From NCBI GenBank assembly GCA_951406725.2, contig OX597816.1, forward strand, positions 143,778,001 to 143,842,000: a stretch of DNA of 64,000 nucleotides, written 5' to 3'. Below are positions 54,596-64,000 of this stretch, piece by piece. The position numbers and the translations under genes are program-made. Each line of letters begins with the position of its first letter. Within the stretch, counting starts at the first letter, position 1. The stretch is from Octopus vulgaris. Taxonomy: Eukaryota. A model generated the notes under the pieces. That model searched no databases. It had not been told where the DNA came from and was given only the letters and a program-made list of their open reading frames with translations.

Positions 54596-54643
<48 letters not shown>

Positions 54644-54678
54644 GAAAAGAATGGAGTCGAACGAAGATTTTAACAAAA

Positions 54679-54773
54679 TTCCTTTACTTTCGACGTTTCG
54701 AAGACTGCATACTCTTAATTCCGAAGGAATGAAGCTTGTATTATGCCGTCTTCTCATCAGGAAATACAAGGAA
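54679..54773 (-). ncRNA. Hammerhead ribozyme motif, intact core (mirror of 56492-56587)
   Basis: Minus strand: UUUC-CUGAUGA-GAAGAC-[42 nt]-GUCUUC-GAAAC-GUC-GAAA. Confidence 0.8.
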
Positions 54774-55257
54774 CCTCTATCAGCCTCAAGACGAACAAAA
54801 GCTTCTTACCGTCTGCCTACATGGTTTCCACAGTGATAATGAGTATTTATTTAAAATAATCCGTTATAAGCAATGACGTCAACATTGGTTGGAAGGAGGA
54901 AGTTTTAAAAAAAATAAAATAAATAAAATTTAAAATTCCATTTACCAGTGCAAAATTTCTTACGGTACCGATGTCTTCTTTTATATTGGTGCGACAACTT
55001 CTCCATTGTCCCAGAGAATTTCCAACCATTATTCAACTTTCCGAGATAAGAGAAAACAACATAGTACAGGACTAAGTAAATTAGTTTGGCGTCTTAAGGA
55101 CAACAATATAACTTTCAAACTGGATTGGTCCATATTATCTGTATCCTTTCCTTTTGATAAGGGCAGGAAATATTGTTGCATCTGTAATTCTGTTTTATGG
55201 GGTATCTATTTACTTCTGTAATGTATGTGTGTGCGTATATATATGTATATATATCTA

Positions 55258-55328
<71 letters not shown>

Positions 55329-55532
55329 TATATATATAAGTAGATGAATGAATTATCCTAGTATGGATAATTCGGTTAATCGATACCTGGGTAGCAAATT
55401 CACGTCAGTAAAACACGGTTGAAGTTACATGCCAAGGGCAGAACCCCGTGTTCTTGTGTGGAAATTTGTGTGTTTTTTTATATGAATAAATGAAAAGAAT
55501 GGAGTCGAACGAAGATTTTAACAAAATTTTTT

Positions 55533-55611
55533 TACTTTCGACATATGTTTCGAAGACTGCATACTCTTAATTCCGAAGGAATGAAGGTTGTATTATGCCG
55601 TCTTCTCATCA
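55533..55611 (-). ncRNA. Hammerhead motif, 5' core disrupted by a local duplication
   Basis: Minus strand: (A)UGAUGA-GAAGAC...GUCUUC-GAAAC-AUAU-GUC-GAAAG; palindromic stem III ACAUAUGU. Confidence 0.65.
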
Positions 55612-56491
55612 TGCCGTCTTCTCATATGTTTTTGTTAATGAGTTTGAGTGTTTGTGTGTGTGTATGAGTGTGTGTATATAACTGCATCTGTGTCTGTGTG
55701 TGTGTGTGTTTGCAAATGTATGTGTGTGTGTGGGGGGCAATTGTCAAATATATATAGTATTAATGTGAGAAATTTGTGCCTGTGTGTTTGATTGTGCGCA
55801 TGATAGAGAGAGAGAGAGGGGGAGAGGTAGAGAGAAAGAGATAAACATACGCCAACTATATTTAATGTTTGATGCAACAGAATAGAGAGGAAGCATTTGT
55901 CTACGGTAGTGGTGTAGACGTGAAAGTAATTTTTAAAACCAAAGGGTCTATCTATAGTATTTATTATTTATATGAGTGGAAGGTGTGTTTTTGCCTTTGT
56001 GTTTACATCTATAGGATTTTTCTATTATTGTGTTTACCAAGGGGAATTTGGCGAAAAGGATATAGAAGAGTTCAGAATTACAGATGCAACAATATTTCCT
56101 GCCCTTATCAAAAGGAAAGGATACAGATAATATGGACCAATCCAGTTTGAAAGTTATATTGTTGTCCTTGAGACGCCAAACTAATTTACTTAGTCCTGTA
56201 CTATGTTGTTTTCTCTTATCTCGGAAAGTTGAATAATGGTTGGAAATTCTCTGGGACAATGGAGAAGTTGTCGCACCAATATAAAAGAAGACATCGGTAC
56301 CGTAAGACATTTTGCACTGGTAAATGGAATTTTAAATTTTATTTATTTTATTTTTTTTAAAACTTCCTCCTTCCAACCAATGTTGACGTCATTGCTTATA
56401 ACGGATTATTTTAAATAAATACTCATTATCACTGTGGAAACCATGTAGGCAGACGGTAAGAAGCTTTTGTTCGTCTTGAGGCTGATAGAGG

Positions 56492-56587
56492 TTCCTTGTA
56501 TTTCCTGATGAGAAGACGGCATAATACAACCTTCATTCCTTCGGAATTAAGAGTATGCAGTCTTCGAAACGTCGAAAGTAAAGGAAT
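56492..56587 (+). ncRNA. Hammerhead ribozyme motif, intact core, extended stems I and II
   Basis: UUCCUU..UUUC(56501)-CUGAUGA-GAAGAC-[GCAUA..AUUCC/GGAAU..UAUGC]-GUCUUC-GAAAC-GUC-GAAA..AAGGAA. Confidence 0.82.
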
Positions 56588-56626
56588 TTTGTTAAAATCT
56601 TCGTTCGACTCCATTCTTTTCTTTTC

Positions 56627-56671
<45 letters not shown>

Positions 56672-56949
56672 AATATGTATATGTATATATCTATGTGTAT
56701 TTCTATGTTTGTCCACCGCCAACGCTTGGTAACCGGTACAGGTGTGTTTACGTCCCCGTAACTTAGCGGCTCGGCAAAAGAGACTGATAATATAAGTACC
56801 AGGCATACAAAACTGTTCTGGAGTCTTTGTTCGACTAAAAACCTTCAAGGGGTGCCCCAGCATGGCCGCAGGCAAATGATTACAACAAGTAAAAGATAAA
56901 AGATATGTTTTGGTGAGTGCACCAGTACTTTTTACTTTGATAACCACTA

Positions 56950-57420
56950 ATACAGCATATACGCACGAACATACATATAAGAATACCTACGCTGAACTGT
57001 TGAAAAATCTGCAGTTACCCTATCCAGATTACAAGTTCAGGTTTATACCTGTAATTATTGGGGCCCTGTGATATGAAACACACTGCCTGAATAGCAATCG
57101 TGAGAAATTAGGCTTCTCAAAACCAGATAGGAGAAAGCCAATTCGAAGACTACAGATCCAATTCATCACTGGAATTGTAAAATCTGTAAAACTTTCCAAA
57201 ATATATATGAGCATGTTTAGATATGCTACTATATGCATGAGAATGCAAACAAAGATTAAAATATACAAATCTGCGCATATACATCCACACATACATACAC
57301 ACAAACAAAAATATGTTGCTGATATTGAAATTCCAATGAAGGAGCATTGGATCTAGGTTAGAAACCAGCTTTTTGTCTATTGGCAAGAAATCTTGAAATA
57401 AAACTGAACAATGACATACA
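56950..57420 (+). mobile_element. RLE-type (R4/Dong-like) LINE 3' end followed by (TACA)n
   Basis: YAELLKNLQLPYPDYKFRFIPVIIGAL matches the C-terminal KY..L...PVVIGALG motif of restriction-like endonuclease LINEs. Confidence 0.65.
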
Positions 57421-57877
57421 TATATACACACATACGTACGTACACACACACACACACACACAAATATATATGTACGTACATACATTCACACATACACACA
57501 TACGTACATACATACACACACATACATACATACATACATACATACATACATACATACATACATACATACATACATACATACATACATACATACATACATA
57601 CATACATACAAATAAGAGAACGACTTGCGCGCAATTTATAAAAATATAATGTGTAAATGGAACAGTAGAAATATGCAAGATTTAGCAACCCCCAACAGCT
57701 GTCCCTGAGACTTGTTGATGATCCTTGAAAAATATTGACGGCACTTGTGAGATACAGTATTTGATGGGATGAGCAGAAATGAGAATGGGTCTTGACTCAA
57801 CCAGTTATAAAAGTGGAATCGATCACGTGGGCCGTAAATTACACAAACACGCTCCCGTGCGTGCAATGTTACATGCT

Positions 57878-58215
57878 GAGACCCCCTTCGGTTATGACTG
57901 ACCATGGGATTGTACCTAGAAAGTTACGCTCCCAGGCACAAGTCCGGGCAAGGTTGTTTGTGGAAGACCAGCAGTCGCCCATGCATACCGGCCTCCCCTC
58001 TCCACACCACCAGCATTATCCAAGGGGAAGGCTAAAGTACTGATACAGCTTGGCACCAGTGGCGTCGCAACTCATTTCTACAGCTGAGTGACCTGGAGCA
58101 ACGTGAAATAAAGTGTCTTGCTCAAGAACACAACACGCAGCCCGGTCCGGGATTCGAACTCACAAACTCACGATCGTAAGCTCGACACTCTAATGACTGA
58201 GCCATGCACTTTCAC
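57878..58215 (-). mobile_element. SINE family C
   Basis: Homologous to 48201-48548. Confidence 0.85.
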
Positions 58216-60289
58216 TATGTTACATATATACACAAAAGTAACAACGGTATGAACAGCTTCATTAGCCTCAACCACTGTGTTGGGATGCACAATACAACAG
58301 TAACAGTGCAGTAGGACAGTAACTGCCATGTTCGGTCAATTTCACTTTTCCTGCCTTCGTTGTGGTCTTTATAAAACCTAAAGCCATACAGCAATAGGCT
58401 GGAACGTAATGTCCAGATTACAATACACCACTCCATACAATTACCAGCTGTACGTCAGGATGAGCAGTATGACCTACTAGACAAAGATATATTTAATGCT
58501 TTGGATTTATAGATCGAGGCTAATAGTTTAGTCGAAAGATGCTTACAACTATTTGATTTTAGTATAAGAAAAATTTAGAAAAGTCTGAGAAAATTCTTTC
58601 CAAAAGATATAAAAGTGCAGATAGTATAAGCAAATTATTTATGGGAGGAAAATATGAGTATCAGAGGTTGTATCCAGTATATTGTGACATATGTAACAGA
58701 ATGTATTAATTCGAAGTAAATGTAATTTAATAAGAAAATCTGAAGTGTCATTTAGATAATATACAAGACATATTAAAAGGTAAATATAAAAGGATAACGA
58801 AACTCATTAAACCGAATGTGAATAGCGTGAAAAATAAAGCAACAATTACTTAATTATAGGCACTGATTTTAATGAAGTTAAATGAGAACGGAAAGTAAAA
58901 CTCTTGAGATTATATTTAAATTGTGAAGTAGGAGGAATTTAGAGACAATCTCGACGACACTAATATTACACCTTCAGACGAAAGGCATATTGGGTAGAAC
59001 AGCATGAAATTTTGAATCATTCGGTCGTTTTTCAGAAAATTATATTTATACATTGCGAGAGAGAGGAAGAGGGAGAGAGGGAGAGAGGGAGTGAGAGAGA
59101 GAGAGAGAGAGAGGGAGAGAAGTAGCTTCATCTTTACATTGTTTACTTTAATATATTTTTGTGCGGTTTCTCTTTTATTAGTGAGTTATAACAATTGGTT
59201 TTGTCTTCTATGCACTTTTTACTGTCTTTTGTGTTTTAGAGTAACTGTGTTTATCTTTTGTTTGTCATTTCAGTTAAGTATTTTAGGAGTTACATAAATA
59301 AATTGGTTTAGAACTATAATATTTTGAAGCGATCCAATAACAGTGCTTTCAGCGCATGACTTTCTTGCGTCGATAGAATATATTTATTCTATTTTTACTA
59401 TTAAATGGAAACTATGTTTTCTTTACCTAGAAATTGTATGTTTTCTTCCGCTAACTGTCATTTTATCATCTTATTTCCTGGCAATGTTTTGTTGAATATT
59501 TCTTTGGTATTTACTCTCTTTCTCTCTCGCCTCCACTCGTATCATCTTTTGTTTATGATCTTTGATTCAATGGCTGTAGATATTGATGTAAAATATATAA
59601 AGAATCAAACAGTACATAGAACTCATGTTTACAAGCGACCTGCAAAATCAGTATGAAGTAAAATTTAACAGAATAGACATTGATAGGTAAGAATCCTAAC
59701 ACTGGTTATAAATCGTATTATAAGAATGTACAGATGGGCATTCAAGTTGGAAGGTGAGGGTATCACTTCTCAAAATTTGTGCAAATAAATGAAGTAAATT
59801 CGGGCAAACCAAGAGGAAAAATAATCGGACAGGGAAAGAAAAAGATAAATTGATAATTGATTCTGATTTAATGATGATTTCAAATTTTGGCTTATGGTCG
59901 GCAATTTCGAAGGAGTCGACACCGGTGTTCAACTGGTACTCATTTTATCGACTCCGAAAGGATGAAAGGCAAAGTGCAGTGACCACCAGGGTATCGCAAA
60001 GCCCTTCAAGTTTCTAGTTGATTCTCCAAGAGTGAAAATATCTAAAATAATAAGAAAAGAAAAAATGAATGTAATCCACGAATTTATTCACTTGCTTCGC
60101 TGCTTCCTTTAAAAGGACAATATTACATGAAACTAGAACCAGTTAAAGTTTAGTTTGAAAGATTTCTAAACCGAATGGTGCTGTTTCTCATGGTGGTAGT
60201 GATGGGGATGATGATATTAATAATACTGCTCTAGCAATCATTGTTCAAAAGCGTATCCTTTATCTGTTCATATCTGTAATTTTTTGTTA

Positions 60290-62185
60290 GCATGTTTTTG
60301 TTTCTTTTTCTTTTCTTTGAATTAGTAATATTTTGCCATTTGTCATTTTCGCAACATGCCAATGTGGTGTGTCGAGGAGGATCATGTCTTGGGCTGAGTT
60401 GTGGTTTTGTTTTGTTGCTAGCGTATTTGTTATTGTTTTGGGGATTCCTGTTGCTATTGTTGTTGTCTGTGATGTTGCTGACCTTGATGGCGGGGTCACT
60501 TCATTGGTTTTGTAGCTATTGCTGCCACACTTGGAGTTGCTGTTGTTGCTACTATGGTGCTTTCGAATCTTGTAGCCGATGCCGCAATCACTGTTGTTTC
60601 GGTTGCATGATGTTGTTGTAGTTGTTGTAACAGTTTGTGTCATGGTTGCTGCTGTTAATGGTGTTGATATTGTGTTGTGGACAATAGTGGACGCCTTCTT
60701 TCAGCTGTTATTTTTTCTGGTTGTTTGGGACTGAAAGCCTTGAGGCGATTAGAGTTTCCACAGTTGAAACATTCTACTCACCTCTATCATCTTAATTTCT
60801 GTCCTCCTTGGATCTCTACGACGTCGGGGATTTTATCCAGTGTCTCAGGTTTCACTTGAATCAGTATCACCAACCCTATCCCTACCCAATTTTCTTTTTG
60901 GAACCTATATAATTCTAATAGCGTGGCTACACATTTCATCACCGACTGCAAAACTAAATCTGGTAGTATGTTTAAGATTTTTACTTGGATAACTCTCCGT
61001 CCAAGTTACATGAATTTCAGTGTAAAATCTTCAGTTCTTTGTGATGGAACGCTAGAATACCGTTGGACTAGCGCTTCCGAGTAAAAAAAAATCGGGTATA
61101 TCCGAACTGGTAGGTATAAACCACATCATTCATGTCTCACAAACGTCTGTAAAACAGAGTTCAGCTGGCTTTGGATGTATACACTCTAATATATGTCTTT
61201 TCGTAGGTAAGCATCTATACAAATTGTTTTCTTTTGTTTTGTCTAAAAGATATTGCGGTAATTTGAGTGTAACGTTTCTCTGTTCTAGTCTGCTAGTATG
61301 TTTCTCTGTCCCTTCTCAATACTTATGTTTTTTTCTTTTGCAGAATTAAACAAGAGTCGAAAACTTTGACGATCTTGGTAAAAGAAATATTTTTTTGCTG
61401 GGTTTTCACTGCAGCTGCTGTTGTTACCTTTAGTCCTTTACCGCCGCTACTGTCGCAATTGCCTTTGCTATCATCGCTGCTGTTGTTACTTTGGTTAACG
61501 TTGTTGATGCGACTGTTATCGTCTGCCGTTATTGCAGCTATGCAATTTTTTGAACTGTCAACGAAGAAAATACCTACTCTCCTTCCATGAATACACTACC
61601 GTCTTTGCTACCATTGTTTCGGCTGCTGCTGTTGCTTTTGTTAATGCTGTTGTTGTTACTGTTACTGTCGTTTGTCTCTGTAACACTAGTGCAATTGTTT
61701 GGACTTTGAACTTTCCACGCTTGAAAATCGTTCTTCTTCTCTTCTTTGTGCTGCATCTTGTCCTTGTGAGTCTGCTCTTACCTTGCCGAAGCCGATTCCA
61801 TGTTTGTAAAAACTATGTTAAAAAAAAAGGAAAAATTTTCTAACAAATTTGTGCCCAGAAGGAGCGAGAAACAAATGGTTAATCAGTCCTATGTGTTCTG
61901 GTTGACTTTAAAAAATGTATCATATAATAAAATTTCAACAATTAACAGATTTTGAACGTATAAATAGATGCCATGGTTGCTGCTGTTAATGGTGTTGTGG
62001 ACAATAGTGGACGCCTTCTTTCAGCCGTTATTTTTTCTGGTTGTTTGGGGCTGAAAGCTTTGAGGCGATTAGTGTTTCCACAGTTGTAACATTTTACTCA
62101 CCTCTATCATCTGTAGTTTCTGCCCTCCTTGGATCTCTACAACGTCGGGGATTTTATCCAGTGTCTCAGGTTTCACTTGAATCAG
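60290..62185 (-). mobile_element. Two tandem decayed copies of a gag-like LINE ORF1 (zinc knuckle plus Thr-rich tail)
   Basis: Minus strand: GRRVIQVKILNILPDL...ENWVGIGLVILIQVKPETLDKIPDVVEIQGG, then CFNCGNSNRLKAFSP / CYNCGNTNRLKAFSP (eroded CX2CX4HX4C); direct repeat 60641-60864 vs 61972-62185. Confidence 0.55.
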
Positions 62186-62249
62186 AATGAGCGAGTCGAA
62201 GAGACATGTTACTGATACCACAACAAAAATAACGATTCTTTCTACTATA

Positions 62250-62660
62250 AGCACAAAGCCTGAAATTTTGATGGAGGAGATTAGTCGATTACATTGGCCC
62301 CAGTTCTCAACTAGTACTTATTGATCTGAAAAGATGAAAGGTAAAGTCGACCTTGGCGAAATTTGAACTCGGAACGTACAGATGGATGAAAGCCGTTAAG
62401 TAATTTATCCGGCGTGCTAACGATTCTGCCGGCTTGTCCCCTTTTGTAATTGTTTCAAGATTTGGCACAAGGCCAGCAATGTCAGGAGGAGAGGATTATT
62501 CGATTACTTTGATCTTCAGTACTTGAGTGGTACTTTATTTTACCAACCCTGAAAGAATGAAATGCGAAGCTGACCTCCACAGAATTCGAACGCAAAATTT
62601 AAAGAGTCAAAAGAAACATCTCGAAGCATTTTGTTCGAGGCACTAAAGATTCTACCACTT
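62250..62660 (-). mobile_element. Two decayed SINE family A copies
   Basis: AATTTGAACTC.GAACG and GCTAACGATTCTGCC reverse-complement heads. Confidence 0.7.
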
Positions 62661-63433
62661 GTAGTGATTTCTTTTATTACAACTTTAGCGAGGACAAGTT
62701 ACAAATAATAATTATGATGCATTGTAAAAAAAAATCGAAACTTTGACAATAGTAACAACAATCTCAACATCAACAAGAAGAGCAAGAGCAGTAGGCGCAA
62801 CAAAACGATAAAGACTGAACGTGTGTATGAAGTGGGCGGCGAGGGTTGCGACAGATATAATTGTGGCCTTGAACTAAAATGCCAAATCAAGGTTTTTTTT
62901 TGTTTTTTTTTACTAATGTTTATGTATAGTAAGTTGAAGCAATAAAGGCTGGTGACTGCGGTAAAAGTTGTCAGAGGAATGGTATCAGTAACCACCATAG
63001 ATGAGGCGGCTATTATAGGATTGCCAATAAGCGCTAGAGTAAAAAAAAAAAAAGAAAAAGAGATTGAGAGAAAACTCGAGAAAGTAAAATAGAACATCAC
63101 ACATACACAGACACACACACACAAATATACACGCACACACAGCCCTCTAGTTAAAAAGAATGAGGTCAACACGCGGCCTATAATCTAGCTAAAGTGGTTG
63201 CGAATTTTATTTAGTTTGGGGATTTTTTTTATCCTTTACTATTCTTTAGTTTTTATTTGTATTCTTTTCGAATGACAGACGACATGCAGCTCGTTTATAG
63301 GTCACTGTTTCTTTTGCTTATTATATTTACTTGGCATTGTAAATTGATAAACAGTTAATTCAGATGCTATTGTCAGATTTAAATCTTCATCTATACATGT
63401 ATGCCCGTCTATTCATGTATGTGTACTTCTAAG

Positions 63434-63504
<71 letters not shown>

Positions 63505-63507
<3 letters not shown>

Positions 63508-63597
63508 GGGCAAGTGTCTTATACTGTAGCCAAAGCCTTGTGAGTGGATTTGGTGGGCGGAAACTGAAAGAAGGCCGTCGTGTGTGTGTGTGTGTAT

Positions 63598-63651
<54 letters not shown>

Positions 63652-63862
63652 TGTGTGTACTTCTTTGCGTCTGACCCCTACTACCGCTTGACGACTGGTA
63701 CTGGTGTTTGTATGTCCCTGTTTTGGTATTGTTGGCGGTTCAGCAACAGAAACCAACAGAATAAGTACCAGGCTTTAAAAAAAGTGCTCGGGTCGATTTG
63801 CTCGACTAAAAATTCTCCAAGGGAGTATCTCGGCATGGTCACAGACTATGAAAGAAGTAAAA
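63505..63862 (+). mobile_element. 5'-truncated SINE family B
   Basis: GGCAAGTGTCTT..CCAAAGCCTTGTGAGTGGATTTGG, internal microsatellite, GGGTCGATTTGCTCGACTAA. Confidence 0.75.
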
Positions 63863-63916
63863 GCTATATATAATATAATATAATATAATAATATATAATA
63901 TTATATAATATTATAT

Positions 63917-63973
<57 letters not shown>

Positions 63974-64000
63974 TTGCATATATGGGTACAGGGCGTCACC

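Larger units (their letters stand above)
55340..56630 (-). mobile_element. 5'-truncated Penelope-like element (GIY-YIG C-terminus) with an inverted pLTR
   Basis: ORF 55948-56310: FYIGATT..QRISNHYSTF..STGLSKLVWRLK..WSIL..CCICNSE..LVN..CKH; pLTR on minus 55340-55625 and inverted at 56345-56630. Confidence 0.85.
54357..56910. repeat. ~835-bp inverted duplication (54357-55190 vs 56073-56910) of SINE-B tail + (TA)n + PLE pLTR + GIY-YIG piece
   Basis: ORF-track translations on opposite strands are nearly identical; only a few substitutions seen. Confidence 0.92.

Noticed and set aside
61208-61343. Plus-strand GTAAGC...TTTTGCAG intron-like segment
   Set aside because: Flanks show no plus-strand coding frame and lie antisense within a decayed LINE-like region.

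Overview
AT-rich, microsatellite-saturated eukaryotic DNA. The SINE families and repeat landscape suggest a coleoid cephalopod (octopus-like); this is an inference. No convincing host protein-coding gene is visible, and nearly all ORF-track calls are microsatellite artefacts. The window is a mosaic of mobile elements: one nearly intact Penelope-like element (PLE; RT + GIY-YIG, 12.4-15.5 kb, one homopolymer frameshift), fragments of other PLE families, CR1, RTE, L2/Crack-like, L1/Tx1-like and RLE (R4-like) LINE remnants, Tc1, mariner, pogo/Tigger and hAT remnants, a hAT MITE with an 8-bp TSD, and about 25 copies of three tRNA-derived SINE families. The main hidden layer is about 14 minimal type I hammerhead ribozyme motifs (CUGANGA...GAAA...UH with a tiny, often palindromic stem III) from about 9 sequence-unrelated families. 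Several carry 40-90 nt structured insertions in stem II, and several sit in inverted pairs. Also present are fold-back duplications centred on (TA)n tracts, two larger inverted duplications, and a perfect H-type pseudoknot at the head of an RTE-related element. All coordinates and alignments were read by eye.
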